Assembly: GCA_041164245.1 (NCBI GenBank)
Contig: JBEAPU010000055.1
Location: 5,114 to 69,113, forward strand
DNA from: Actinomycetota bacterium
GTDB lineage: Bacteria > Actinomycetota > Acidimicrobiia > Acidimicrobiales > Ilumatobacteraceae
Direction: 5' to 3'
DNA: 64,000 bases
The position numbers and the translations under genes are program-made. Shown one piece after another: positions 9,042-19,576 of the stretch (positions are counted from its first letter, which is position 1; every line of letters begins with the position of its first letter). The notes beneath the pieces are model-generated. The model made no database searches. It was not told the origin of the DNA and saw only the letters and a list, made by a program, of their open reading frames with translations.

Positions 9042-10421
9042 GTGCGGGTCGTGTTCGCCACAGCGGAACTGTCACCGGTGGTCACCGTCGGTGGACTGGC
9101 TGCTGCCGCGGCGGGCCTCGTCGGGGCGATGCGCCGGGCCGGTGTCGAGGTCGACGTCCTGCTGCCGGACTACGGGGGGATCGACCTCGCCGACGCGTCG
9201 CGCATCGAACTCGAGGTGCCCCAATGGGCCGGCCCGGCCTCGATCACGGTCGGAGAGCACCCCGTCGTCGGCCGTCTGCACCTCGTGTCCGCTCCCGGGT
9301 TGGCCCGCAGCCACCCGTATCTGCAACCCGACGGCCATGGCTGGCTCGACAACAGTGCCCGATTCTTCCGGTTCGCCCGGGCCGTCGCCGCCCACTGCGA
9401 CGCCACGCGCCCCGATGTCGTCCACCTGAACGACTGGCACACGGCGACCGCGCTGGCCGCCGTCGACCCGGCCCTGCCGACGGTGCTGTCGCTGCACAAC
9501 CTCGCCCACCAGGGAACCTCCGGGCCCGAGTGGCTCGACCTCATCGGCCCCCGCGGCGCCCACTTCGAGTGGTGGGGTGGCACGAACCCGTTGTCCGGCG
9601 CAGTCGCCCTCGCCGACCGGATCGTGGCGGTCTCGCCCCACCATGCCTCCGAGATCGTGACCAGGGAGGGTGGGTTCGGACTCGACGGCCCACTCCGTGC
9701 ACGAGGTGCCGCCGTGACCGGGATCCTGAACGGGATCGACGTGTCGGTGTGGGACCCGGCGACCGACCCGTCGCTGCCGGCAGCCTTCTCGTCGACGGAT
9801 CTGGGAGGCAAGGAGACCTGTCGGGCGGCGCTCGTCGAGCGTCTCGGCCTCGTCGACGACGACTCGCTGCTCGCAGTGGCCGTGACGCGACTCACCGACC
9901 AGAAGGGGATCGACCTGCTCGAGCCGATCGTCCCGATCCTCGATGAGTTCCCGCTCCGGCTCGCCATCCTCGGCTCCGGGGACCGGCACCTGGCCGACCG
10001 CCTCGCCGCCGCTGCCGCAGCCCACCCCAGCCGCTTCGCCTTCGTGGAGGGGTACGACGAGGCGCTGTCGCACCTCATGTTCGCTGGCGCCGACCTGTTC
10101 GTGATGCCGAGCCGCTTCGAACCGTGCGGCCTGACCCAGATGCAGGCCATGCGCTACGGGGCGATCCCGGTCGTGACCGCAGTCGGCGGTCTCGTCGACA
10201 CCGTGCCCGATCTCGACGACGAGCCGCGCCGCGGCCGTGGCATCCGCGCCCGGGCCGCCGAGCCGGTGCACCTGACGTCGGCATTGCACCGGGCGGTGCG
10301 CCGCTGCCCACCGCGCCGACTCGACTCGCTCCGCCGCCGCGTGATGTCGATCGACTGGTCATGGGACGCACCGGCGGCCGAGTACCTGTCGATGTACAGA
10401 GCGCTCATCCGGGGCGACTGA
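9042..10421 (+). CDS. glgA: glycogen synthase (GT5)
   Basis: N-terminus VRVVFATAELSPVVTVGGLA and C-terminal PSRFEPCGLTQMQAMRYG. The start could also be ATG 9024. Confidence 0.85.
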   Translation: MRVVFATAELSPVVTVGGLAAAAAGLVGAMRRAGVEVDVLLPDYGGIDLADASRIELEVPQWAGPASITVGEHPVVGRLHLVSAPGLARSHPYLQPDGHGWLDNSARFFRFARAVAAHCDATRPDVVHLNDWHTATALAAVDPALPTVLSLHNLAHQGTSGPEWLDLIGPRGAHFEWWGGTNPLSGAVALADRIVAVSPHHASEIVTREGGFGLDGPLRARGAAVTGILNGIDVSVWDPATDPSLPAAFSSTDLGGKETCRAALVERLGLVDDDSLLAVAVTRLTDQKGIDLLEPIVPILDEFPLRLAILGSGDRHLADRLAAAAAAHPSRFAFVEGYDEALSHLMFAGADLFVMPSRFEPCGLTQMQAMRYGAIPVVTAVGGLVDTVPDLDDEPRRGRGIRARAAEPVHLTSALHRAVRRCPPRRLDSLRRRVMSIDWSWDAPAAEYLSMYRALIRGD

Positions 10422-10436
10422 CCGTCGAGGGGTACG

Positions 10437-11672
10437 ATGCCGGCGATGGCGTACGAACCCAAGGTGCTGGTGATGGTGCTCGCCGGTGGCGAGGGGAAGC
10501 GCCTGCTCCCACTGACGAACGACCGTGCCAAACCCGCCGTGCCGTTCGGCGGCACCTACCGGATCATCGACTTCGCCCTCTCGAACTTCGCCAACTCCCG
10601 GTACCTGAAGATCGTCGTCCTCACCCAGTACAAGAGCCACAGCCTCGACCGCCACATCTCGCAGACCTGGCGGTTCTCGACCCTGCTCGACAACTACGTG
10701 ACCCCCGTGCCGGCCCAGATGCGGCGCGGTCCGCAGTGGTTCCAGGGTTCGGCTGACGCGATCTACCAGAACCTGAACCTGATCTACGACGAGCGGCCCG
10801 ACATCGTCGCCGTGTTCGGGGCCGACCACATCTACCGCATGGACCCACGCCAGATGGTCGACCAGCACGTCGCCACCGGTGCCGGAGTGACCGTGGCGGC
10901 GATCCCCGTCCCCCGGGCCGAGGCGCATCAGTTCGGGGTGATCGAGGCCGATCAGTCGGGGCGCATCCTCGCCTTCCACGAGAAGTCGGCCGACCCGCCG
11001 ACGATGCCCGGCGACCCGACGCGCTGCCTCGCCAGCATGGGCAACTACGTGTTCGACACCCAGACCCTGATCGACATCGTCACACCGAACCACGACGAGC
11101 CGCTCATCGACATGGGCGGCGACGTGATCCCGGCGTTGACCCGCCAGGGTGTCGCCCACGTCTACGACTTCTCGACCAACGTCATCCCCGGACAGGACGA
11201 ACGCGAACGCGGGTACTGGCGTGACGTCGGGACGATCGACGCCTACTACGAGGCGAACATGGACCTCATCGCCCCGGTGCCGGTCTTCAACCTCTACAAC
11301 CAGCAGTGGCCGGTCTACACCTACCGCAAGGCACTCCCGCCGGCCAAGGTGTCGCGCGGCGTCGGTGGCGAGCCGGCGTTCGTCGACGGCAGCCTGCTCT
11401 GCCAGGGCTCGATCGTGTCCGGCGCCCACGTCGAACGGTCGATCATCTCCCCGAGCGTCTTCATCGATCACGACGCCCATGTCACCGATTCGATCCTGCT
11501 CGAGGGGGTGCACGTCGGCGCCGGGGCTCGCCTGCACCGCTGCATCGTCGACAAGAACGTGGTGATCCCTCCGTTCGAACGCATCGGCCTCGACCACGAG
11601 TCCGATGCGCTGCGCTACGCCATCAGCGACGGCGGGATCGTCGTGATCGAGAAGGAACGCCGCTTCGGTTGA
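10437..11672 (+). CDS. glgC: glucose-1-phosphate adenylyltransferase
   Basis: VLAGGEGKRLLPLT nucleotide-binding motif and a left-handed beta-helix-like C-terminus. It lies directly after glgA. Confidence 0.9.
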   Translation: MPAMAYEPKVLVMVLAGGEGKRLLPLTNDRAKPAVPFGGTYRIIDFALSNFANSRYLKIVVLTQYKSHSLDRHISQTWRFSTLLDNYVTPVPAQMRRGPQWFQGSADAIYQNLNLIYDERPDIVAVFGADHIYRMDPRQMVDQHVATGAGVTVAAIPVPRAEAHQFGVIEADQSGRILAFHEKSADPPTMPGDPTRCLASMGNYVFDTQTLIDIVTPNHDEPLIDMGGDVIPALTRQGVAHVYDFSTNVIPGQDERERGYWRDVGTIDAYYEANMDLIAPVPVFNLYNQQWPVYTYRKALPPAKVSRGVGGEPAFVDGSLLCQGSIVSGAHVERSIISPSVFIDHDAHVTDSILLEGVHVGAGARLHRCIVDKNVVIPPFERIGLDHESDALRYAISDGGIVVIEKERRFG

Positions 11673-11679
11673 GCCGGCG

Positions 11680-12636
11680 TCAGCGGCCCGCGAGGGCCGT
11701 GACCACCGGTGCGAACGCCTCGGCCTCGTCGGGACCGACGATCACGTAGCTGAAGCCCCACCGCTCGCGTCGCTCCAGGAGGTCCTCGATCAGCTTCGAC
11801 GGCGGTCCGACGAGTGCGAAGGGTGACTCGGCGATCATCGACGTCGGTGAGCCGGTGAACGCGGCGATCCCGTCGAGGGCGGCGTCGACGTCGTCGGTGA
11901 CCGACACCAGGAAGGCGCGGATGTTCATCTCGATGTCGCTCAGGCGCTCCCCGGCGGTGTCGACGACGAGCGCCACCTTCTCGTCCACGGCCTCCGCTCG
12001 CATCGAGTCGAAGGTCGTGTGGTCGACCGCGCCCGAGGTGAGCGTCGCGTTGATCCCGACGATGTCGGCCTCGCGGGCCGCGATCCGGAGCACCCTCGGC
12101 CCACCCCCGCCGATCAGGATCGGCGGACACGGCGCCTGCACGGGCTTTGGCATTCCGTCGTAGTCGGTGACCCGGTAGTGCTCACCGTGGAACGAGAACG
12201 GTCCGGGGGCCATCGCACCGCGGATCACGGCGAGTCCCTCCACGAAGCGGTCGACCCGGACACCCGGCCGGTCGTAGGGGATGCCGGAGCGCTCGTAGTC
12301 GACCGCCATCCACCCGGCACCGAGACCGATCTCGAGACGCCCCTCCGACAGCACGTCGATCGTGGCGAGTTCCTTGGCCAGCACCACCGGGTGCTTGTAG
12401 TCGTTGTCGAACACGAGCGCCCCGATGCGGATCGACTCGGTCGCGTCCGCTGCGGCCTGCAGGGCCGGGATCGGGGCCAACTGGTCGTCGAAGTGATCCG
12501 GCATGGTCACCGCCGCGTAGCCGAGGGACTCGAAGCGGCGCACCGACTCGACCCACGCCCGACGGTCACCGGCCGAGCGCACCTGGATGCCGAACCGGAA
12601 CGGTCGCGGCGGGAGGGGGAACCTCGGATCGGTCAT
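11680..12636 (-). CDS. LLM-class (luciferase-like) F420-dependent oxidoreductase
   Basis: Overall luciferase-like pattern (FRFGIQ..., GRLEIGLGAGW, PPILIGGGGPRVLRIAA). Start at ATG 12636 (MTDPRF). Confidence 0.7.
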   Translation of the reverse strand: MTDPRFPLPPRPFRFGIQVRSAGDRRAWVESVRRFESLGYAAVTMPDHFDDQLAPIPALQAAADATESIRIGALVFDNDYKHPVVLAKELATIDVLSEGRLEIGLGAGWMAVDYERSGIPYDRPGVRVDRFVEGLAVIRGAMAPGPFSFHGEHYRVTDYDGMPKPVQAPCPPILIGGGGPRVLRIAAREADIVGINATLTSGAVDHTTFDSMRAEAVDEKVALVVDTAGERLSDIEMNIRAFLVSVTDDVDAALDGIAAFTGSPTSMIAESPFALVGPPSKLIEDLLERRERWGFSYVIVGPDEAEAFAPVVTALAGR

Positions 12637-12674
12637 GACCGGACACCGTACCGGCCCGTCGTTACGCTCTTGAC

Positions 12675-14906
12675 GTGGGACGTTGGTCGTGGCCGATCCG
12701 ACTCGTCCTCGTCGTCGCCGCCGGCTCACTGCTCGTCACCTCGGTCACCGCGGCCGTCGCCCCGAGGCTGTGGCAGGTGGCCAACGCCCACCGGGAGGAG
12801 CCGGTCGACCTGCCCGACTTCCTGCCCCTGGCCCAGCGCAGCTACGTCTACGACGCCGCCGGCAACGAGATCGCCATCTACGAACTCGAGAACAGCCAAC
12901 CCGTCAGCCTCGACGACATCCCCGACCACGTGGTGGACGCCTTCGTGGCCGTCGAGGACAACGAGTTCTGGACCCATCACGGGGTCAACGTCCGTTCGTT
13001 CGTGCGCGCCACCCTGTCGAACTTCGCCTCCGACGCCCCGTTGCAGGGCGCGTCGACCATCACCATGCAGGTGGTCAAGAACGACTTCATGGCCGGCTTC
13101 GAACGCGACGGCCGGTACAAGCTCCTCCAGATCGCCTACGCGGTCCGGCTCGAGAAGTCGATGGACAAGGACGACATCATCGAGCGCTACCTCAACACGG
13201 TGTTCTTCGGCAACAACTCCTACGGCATCGCGGCTGCCGCCGAGACCTACTTCGGGAAGTTCGTCCACGAGTTGACCTTCGTCGAGGCCGCGTTCCTCGC
13301 CGGTCTCGTGCGCGCACCCTCGAGTTACGACCCGATCAACCGCCCCGAGCGGAGTCGGGCCCGCTTCGCCCAGGTGCTCGACCGGCTCGTCGAGGACGAG
13401 CTGCTCACCGCCGACGAGGCGACCGAGGCCGCCGACACCTTCGTGATCCCCGAGCGCGTCAACCAGATCCCGTCGCGTCAGCTCACCCGGACGTACTTCA
13501 CCGAGGCCGTCCGCACCTACCTCCTCACCGGCTCGGACATCCTCGGCGCGACCTACGAGGAGCGATACACCGCGCTGTACCGAGGCGGACTGCGGATCCA
13601 CACGACCCTCGACCCGCTCCTGCAGGCCGCGGCGGAGGAGGCACGCGACCTGCTCCCCGACACCGCCGAGGGGTTCGACGCGGCCATCACCTCCATCGAG
13701 ACGGCGTCGGGTGCCGTGCGGGCGATGGTCGGTGGCCGAGGTTTCGTCCCGCGACAGAACGAGGTCAACCTCGCCCTCGCCCCGAGTCAGACCGGGTCGA
13801 GCATCAAGATCTTCATCCTCGCCGCCGCACTCCAGGCCGGGGCGACCGCCGATGACCTGATCGAGGGAACGCATCCGTGCTCGCTGCCCAACGTCGGCAA
13901 CCCCGACGAGCCGGTGTTCACGATCGCCGGCGGTGTGAGCGGGGGCCTCGCGACCCTGCGGGAGCACACCTACCGCTCGATCAACTGCGCCTACGCCCGA
14001 CTCTCCCAGATCGTCGGCCTCAACCGGGTGGTGGACACGACCTACCGGATGGCCGCCTCGGACTTCCTGCGCCCCGACCTGCCGGCCTCGGTGCGCGAAC
14101 CGATCCAGCCGTTCGCCAGCTATGCCACGGGAGCGAACGAGATGAGCACCCTCGACATGGCGTCGGGCATGCAGACCATCGCCAACGAGGGTGTGCACCT
14201 CGAGCCGTACCTCGTCGAGCGGGTCGAGGATGCGGAGGGCCGCCGGCTCTACACACGTCTCGCCCGCGGCACCCGGGTCCTCGACCGCTCGGTCGCATTG
14301 ACCGCCATCGACATCATGAAGGACACGCTCACGGCGGGCACGGGTCGTCGGGAGCTCGCCGAGTTCGCAGCCCGACGTCCGGCGGCGGGCAAGACCGGAA
14401 CGCAGCAGAGCAACACCACCGCGTGGTTCGTCGGTGCGACGCCGTACCTGTCGACGGCGGTCATGGTGCGCGACCCGGACCGCTACACGCCGATGGTGAA
14501 CATCCCCGAGTTCGTCGAGGTCGGGGTGCCCCGCGTCCAGGGGGGAACGTTGCCGGCGCGCATCTGGGGGGCCTACATGGACCCGGCCCACCTGCTCCAG
14601 GCCGTCACCGACTGGGATGCCCCGCCTCCCCCGGTGCGCGGTCCGGTCCGCCTCTACCTGCCGGGCACCGAGTGCGCGTCAGTGGTCGTCGGCTACGAGC
14701 CGCCGACGACGACTGTGGCCCCGGTCGACGGTGCACCCCCGCCGGCCGACGTGCCGTCGACGACCGAACCGGTGCCCATCCTCGAACCGGTCACGACGGC
14801 GACGACCATCCCACCCGAGGAACTCGATCCCTACGCCGGTCTGCCGTCCGTGCCCCTCGACGCGTATGTTGGTCCCTGTGGAACGGACGTGGCCAGCGAC
14901 GGGTGA
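12675..14906 (+). CDS. class A penicillin-binding protein (transglycosylase/transpeptidase)
   Basis: GT51 motifs EDNEFWTHHGV and STITMQ. Transpeptidase motifs SSIK and KTGT. N-terminal TM segment. Confidence 0.9.
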   Translation: MGRWSWPIRLVLVVAAGSLLVTSVTAAVAPRLWQVANAHREEPVDLPDFLPLAQRSYVYDAAGNEIAIYELENSQPVSLDDIPDHVVDAFVAVEDNEFWTHHGVNVRSFVRATLSNFASDAPLQGASTITMQVVKNDFMAGFERDGRYKLLQIAYAVRLEKSMDKDDIIERYLNTVFFGNNSYGIAAAAETYFGKFVHELTFVEAAFLAGLVRAPSSYDPINRPERSRARFAQVLDRLVEDELLTADEATEAADTFVIPERVNQIPSRQLTRTYFTEAVRTYLLTGSDILGATYEERYTALYRGGLRIHTTLDPLLQAAAEEARDLLPDTAEGFDAAITSIETASGAVRAMVGGRGFVPRQNEVNLALAPSQTGSSIKIFILAAALQAGATADDLIEGTHPCSLPNVGNPDEPVFTIAGGVSGGLATLREHTYRSINCAYARLSQIVGLNRVVDTTYRMAASDFLRPDLPASVREPIQPFASYATGANEMSTLDMASGMQTIANEGVHLEPYLVERVEDAEGRRLYTRLARGTRVLDRSVALTAIDIMKDTLTAGTGRRELAEFAARRPAAGKTGTQQSNTTAWFVGATPYLSTAVMVRDPDRYTPMVNIPEFVEVGVPRVQGGTLPARIWGAYMDPAHLLQAVTDWDAPPPPVRGPVRLYLPGTECASVVVGYEPPTTTVAPVDGAPPPADVPSTTEPVPILEPVTTATTIPPEELDPYAGLPSVPLDAYVGPCGTDVASDG

Positions 14907-14917
14907 GGGCGGTCGAC

Positions 14918-15628
14918 GTGAGTGACTCCCCGGCGGCGGTGCTCCTCGAACTCCAGGATGCCGACACGGCGATCGATCAGTTGGCCCACCGTCGGGCGCG
15001 GCTCCCCGAGCGCGACCGGCTCGAGGCCGCCGTGCGGGCGCTGCGCGATTGGGAGACGCGTCGTGACGGCCTGCGCACCATGATCGACACGGCGCGAGCC
15101 GAGATCACCGGATGCGAGCACGACACCGGCGAGGTCGATGCGCATCGGTCCCGGCTGTCGGCCCAGCTGCGAACCGTGATCGCCCCCCGCGAGGCCGAGG
15201 CCCTCCAACACGAGATCGCCACATTGGACGAGAGGCGATCCGCCCTCGACGACCGGGCCCTCGCCGCGATGGATGCCGAGGGATCGGCCGAGACGGCACT
15301 GTCCGAACTGGTGGCGACCGAGTCCGCGCTGCGGGCCGAGGCCGAGCAGGCCGACGAACACCTGCGCGCCGTCGAGTCCGACCTCGACACCGAACTCGCC
15401 GGGCTCGTCGAGCGGCGCGACGCGGCACGGGATGTGCTTCCGTCGACTGTCGTGGCCCGCTACGACCCGTTGCGCGCCAAGCTCGGGGTAGCGGCGGCCC
15501 GCCTCGTCGGCGCGCGCTGCGAGGGCTGTCACCTCGACCTGTCCGCCGCCGAACTCGACACCGTGCGTCGGGCGCCGGCGGAGGAGATCCCCGACTGCCC
15601 GCAGTGCGGCCGTCTGCTGGTCCGCTGA
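14918..15628 (+). CDS. coiled-coil C4 zinc-ribbon protein (COG1579-like)
   Basis: GTG 14918. Long coiled-coil, then CEGCHLDLS...CPQCGRLLVR. Confidence 0.7.
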   Translation: MSDSPAAVLLELQDADTAIDQLAHRRARLPERDRLEAAVRALRDWETRRDGLRTMIDTARAEITGCEHDTGEVDAHRSRLSAQLRTVIAPREAEALQHEIATLDERRSALDDRALAAMDAEGSAETALSELVATESALRAEAEQADEHLRAVESDLDTELAGLVERRDAARDVLPSTVVARYDPLRAKLGVAAARLVGARCEGCHLDLSAAELDTVRRAPAEEIPDCPQCGRLLVR

Positions 15629-16101
15629 TGCTGACGTGGTTCGTGGCCACGGCGGTGCTGGCCATCCACTTCGTGTTCACCGATCCCCGTTTCGACTACC
15701 GGTTGCTCGTCGTCGGGGCGGTGGTGCCCTCGATCAGCGACCTCATCGGCGGCTGGGCGGCGGTGCTCGGATCGGTCACCGTGTCGGTGGCCACGCTGGC
15801 GGTCCTGATGCTGGCCACGCCGGGTCGCAAACCGATCAGGTCGACCTTGCTCGGCCTTCCGATCGGCATGTTCCTGCATCTCGTGTTCGGTGGGGCGTGG
15901 GCCGACACCACCGTGTTCTGGTGGCCCTTCACCGGGATCGACCTGTCCGATGCCCGCTCGGCGTTGGCTGCCCGCGGCTGGTGGTCCGTGCCGCTGGAGG
16001 TGGCCGGCGTCGTCGGCTGCGTGTGGATCGTGCGCCGTGCCCGACTCACCGATCCCACCCGCCGGTCGGCCTTCATGTCGAGCGGGCGGCTCGAACTGTG
16101 A
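15628..16101 (+). CDS. hypothetical integral membrane protein
   Basis: ATG 15628 overlaps the preceding TGA by 1 nt (tgatg). Four to five hydrophobic segments. Confidence 0.6.
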   Translation: MLTWFVATAVLAIHFVFTDPRFDYRLLVVGAVVPSISDLIGGWAAVLGSVTVSVATLAVLMLATPGRKPIRSTLLGLPIGMFLHLVFGGAWADTTVFWWPFTGIDLSDARSALAARGWWSVPLEVAGVVGCVWIVRRARLTDPTRRSAFMSSGRLEL

Positions 16102-16114
16102 TGGGCGGTGGGGC

Positions 16115-16708
16115 GTGAGGATCATCCTCGTCCGCCACGGGCGCACGGCGCTGAACGCAGCAGGTCTGCTGCAGGGACGGGTCGACGAGCCGGTCGATCC
16201 GGTCGGCGAGGCCCAGGCGGCGGCGGTGGCATCCCGACTCTCGGCAGAGGTCGACCCGGTCGCCGTGGTCACCTCGCCGTTGATGCGGGCCCGACGGACT
16301 GGCGAGATCCTGTGTGCGACGGCCGGATGGGCCGGGGTCCCGGTGACGGTCGACGACCGCTGGATCGAACTGGACTACGGGATCTACGACCGGCGTCCGA
16401 CTGCGGAGGTGCCGTCCGAGGTCTGGCACGGCTGGCGCAGCGACCCGACGTTCTCGCCCGAGGGCGGCGAGAGCTTCGGCGATCTCGACCGGCGGGTGCG
16501 CGCCGCCTGCGACGAGTTGGCGGCCCGCTCCGATGGCGGTGACGTCGTCGTCGTGTCCCACGTGTCGCCGATCAAGGCGGCGGTCGCGTGGGCGCTCGGC
16601 GCCGATCCCGGCGTCGCCCATCGCAGCCGACTCGACCAGGCCGCGGTGTGCCGGATCGAGGTGGGGCGCACCGGTCCGGTGCTCCTCAGCTTCAACGAAC
16701 GCCCCTGA
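16115..16708 (+). CDS. histidine phosphatase family protein (phosphoglycerate mutase/CobC-like)
   Basis: VRIILVRHGRT (RHG catalytic motif) and SHVSPIKA near the C-terminus. Confidence 0.8.
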   Translation: MRIILVRHGRTALNAAGLLQGRVDEPVDPVGEAQAAAVASRLSAEVDPVAVVTSPLMRARRTGEILCATAGWAGVPVTVDDRWIELDYGIYDRRPTAEVPSEVWHGWRSDPTFSPEGGESFGDLDRRVRAACDELAARSDGGDVVVVSHVSPIKAAVAWALGADPGVAHRSRLDQAAVCRIEVGRTGPVLLSFNERP

Positions 16709-16711
16709 GCG

Positions 16712-18289
16712 TCACCGGTCGGGCACGTACAGGATGGCACCCGGCAGATCGTGTCGGGAGTACCGATCGGCCGGCAGGGCGAGAACGTCCTCCCACTGAT
16801 CCGCCGGGAGGAACTGGTCTCCGGGAAGGAACACGTAGGCCCGGTCGGTGGGGTCGGCAGCCATCACCGCCGTCTGCGTGTCGGAGAAGCGAACCCCGTA
16901 GGGCCGTCCCGGGTTCCAGTCGAACAGCGCGCCCCACGGGTGGCCGGCCACCCCGGCCCGGATCCGCAGGTCGCTCACGTACTCGACGGGGTTGGTGAGC
17001 CAGAAGTTCCCGGTGATGTTCGACACGTCGGCCTCGTCGAGCAGGCGCACGATCTCCCTCGTCGTGGCGTTGGGGTCGGCGTCGACCGGTCGGGCCCGGT
17101 CGAGCATCCACGGCAGGACGGTCACGGCGACCACCGTGACCGCTGCCGTCACCCCGAATGCGACGGACCGGAGGTCACCCGTCCGACGCCGTGGTGTGAG
17201 GCCGGTCGCCAACGGGACGACGAGCACGGGCAGCAGGACGATCGCGTAACGGGCATCGACCACCCACCACATGTTGGAGAAACCCGCGAGGAGCGGCCAT
17301 CCGATCACCCCCGGGAGGATCAGCGTGGCCGCGACCCACCGGTCGGCGAGCCACAGTCGTCGGGCGCCGAAGACGACGAGGGCGATCAGGCCGCCGAGGA
17401 CGATCACGGACGGACCGAGACCGAGCACCCAGGTGCCGTCGGGCGTCCGCATCCCGGCGGTCCGGGGGAGCAGACCCGAGAAGAAGCGGCCGAGACGGGT
17501 CAGGTAGGGGTCGATCTCGGGGGATGGCTGGGTCAACGACGGCCACGAGTTGCGGGCGTTCCACGCGAGGAATGGCAGGTTCACGATGAGCCCGCCGAGG
17601 GCGGTCGGCACCCAGTAGCCGCGGACGTCCCCCCGGTGCCTGAGCGTGCTGACGAGCAGGATCGGGGCGATCACGGCCACGAACATCGGGTGTGAGTAGA
17701 GCGCCAACCCGGCCGACATCCCGTAGAGGAGGTGCAGCGTGCGTCGACCGACGTGCGTCGGGGCACGATCCCCGACGGTCAGGACCGCGAGCCACAGCGT
17801 GATCGCGACGGCGGCGTATCCGGTGCCGTAGCCGGGGTAGGAGCGCAGGGACACCTCGAGGATCGGGCCGCACCCGACCCACACGACGCCTGCGGCGACC
17901 CCGCCCGCCCAGCGGCGACCGCTCGCGGCTGTGGCGGCGGCCCCGGTCGCGATCGCCGCGATCGCCCACCACAGGCTCTGCGACGCCTTGAGCAGGATCA
18001 CGGAGTTGCCGAGCACAGCCACGACCGGGGCGAGCACGTATGCCTCCAGGGTGGCGGTGTACCCGAAGCCGCGCATCACGATCGGGATGTCCCCCTCGAG
18101 GATCCGTGCGGCCTGTAGGCCGGTGTACGCCTCGTCGGCGTTCAGGAAGCCGAGCGGACTGGTGAGCGCCCACCAACGCAACAGAACGCCGGCCACGGCG
18201 ACGACGGCGATGGTCGCGACCATCGAGGGAGCCCACCGTGCGATCGTCCGACGTGGCGCTGTCGGGTGCGACGGCGGCGAGTCACTCAC
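16712..18289 (-). CDS. polytopic membrane glycosyltransferase (GT39/ArnT-like)
   Basis: 525 aa with more than 10 hydrophobic segments and a soluble C-terminal domain. Family assignment rests on architecture only. Confidence 0.55.
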   Translation of the reverse strand: MSDSPPSHPTAPRRTIARWAPSMVATIAVVAVAGVLLRWWALTSPLGFLNADEAYTGLQAARILEGDIPIVMRGFGYTATLEAYVLAPVVAVLGNSVILLKASQSLWWAIAAIATGAAATAASGRRWAGGVAAGVVWVGCGPILEVSLRSYPGYGTGYAAVAITLWLAVLTVGDRAPTHVGRRTLHLLYGMSAGLALYSHPMFVAVIAPILLVSTLRHRGDVRGYWVPTALGGLIVNLPFLAWNARNSWPSLTQPSPEIDPYLTRLGRFFSGLLPRTAGMRTPDGTWVLGLGPSVIVLGGLIALVVFGARRLWLADRWVAATLILPGVIGWPLLAGFSNMWWVVDARYAIVLLPVLVVPLATGLTPRRRTGDLRSVAFGVTAAVTVVAVTVLPWMLDRARPVDADPNATTREIVRLLDEADVSNITGNFWLTNPVEYVSDLRIRAGVAGHPWGALFDWNPGRPYGVRFSDTQTAVMAADPTDRAYVFLPGDQFLPADQWEDVLALPADRYSRHDLPGAILYVPDR

Positions 18290-18327
18290 GACCGGAATCT
18301 ACCCGTCCTCGCCGGTCGGGTGGGTGT

Positions 18328-18672
<345 letters not shown>

Positions 18673-18697
18673 GGGGGTCAGTGTACGAGCGGAGCCC

Positions 18698-19576
18698 TCA
18701 GCAGGACAGGTACGAGTAGACGAAGGTGTTCTCCGCCGGGGTCTGGAGCAGCGTCGAGAAGCGGGCGCCCTCGTCGTCCTGGGCGCCGACGACGACCTCG
18801 AACTGTGAGACCAGCCCGAACGTGGCGGGGATCGCGTACGGGATCGGGAAGCCGGCCTCGTCCTTCTCGGGAGCATCCCGGTTGATGCCCGGCCCGAGCA
18901 CGCCGAAGGTCCCGGCGCTGGCCTGCATCGCCAACGTCGCCGACCGGCGACTCGCCGAGGCCCCCTGGACCATCACGGCCTTGCGATGGGCCGGCACAGT
19001 CAGGAGCCCGACCATGAACTGGTAGGAGTGGGCCAACAGCGTCTCGAGTGCGTACGTCGCCGCCCGGGCGTCACGTGCCACGTCGTCGGAGGTCGACACG
19101 GCGGTGAAGATCGGGGTGATGTAGCGGTCCATGAGCCAGGTGTTCGGGCACGCGTACCCCTCGCCGCCACCGGCGACCGCCAAGTCGCCCATCACGGCGG
19201 CGGCGGCGACATGGTCGGCGACGAAGCGGTCGACATAGGTCTGCAGGGCCGGTGAGTACATGCCCTCCGACGTCATCAACTCGAGTGCGGCCTTCACCGA
19301 GTGCTCCATCGACTGCATGGTGCGCACCAGGACGACGTCGTCGACGACACCGTCGGGGAGCACGGTCGGCTCGTCGGCGAGGCCGACTCGGCCGGGCGCG
19401 GTGTCGCCGCCGAAGTCGGCGGCGCAGGCCGAGACGATGGCGCCGATCGACAGGGCCAGACCTCCCCGACGGAGCAGTGCCCGACGGTCGAAGGCGTTGT
19501 CGCGGACGTGGGGGACGGCATCGGTCATGGGGGTGTCCTTCGTCTGGTCGTTCACGTTCGGGTGGCGCTCGTTCAC
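18698..19576 (-). CDS. Tat-signal (lipobox-like) ferritin-like domain protein
   Basis: FDRRALLRRGGLALSIGAIVSAC twin-arginine/lipobox-like leader. Helical E/H-rich body (MQSMEHS, FVADH, LLAHSY). Its ATG overlaps the upstream stop. Confidence 0.55.
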   Translation of the reverse strand: MNERHPNVNDQTKDTPMTDAVPHVRDNAFDRRALLRRGGLALSIGAIVSACAADFGGDTAPGRVGLADEPTVLPDGVVDDVVLVRTMQSMEHSVKAALELMTSEGMYSPALQTYVDRFVADHVAAAAVMGDLAVAGGGEGYACPNTWLMDRYITPIFTAVSTSDDVARDARAATYALETLLAHSYQFMVGLLTVPAHRKAVMVQGASASRRSATLAMQASAGTFGVLGPGINRDAPEKDEAGFPIPYAIPATFGLVSQFEVVVGAQDDEGARFSTLLQTPAENTFVYSYLSC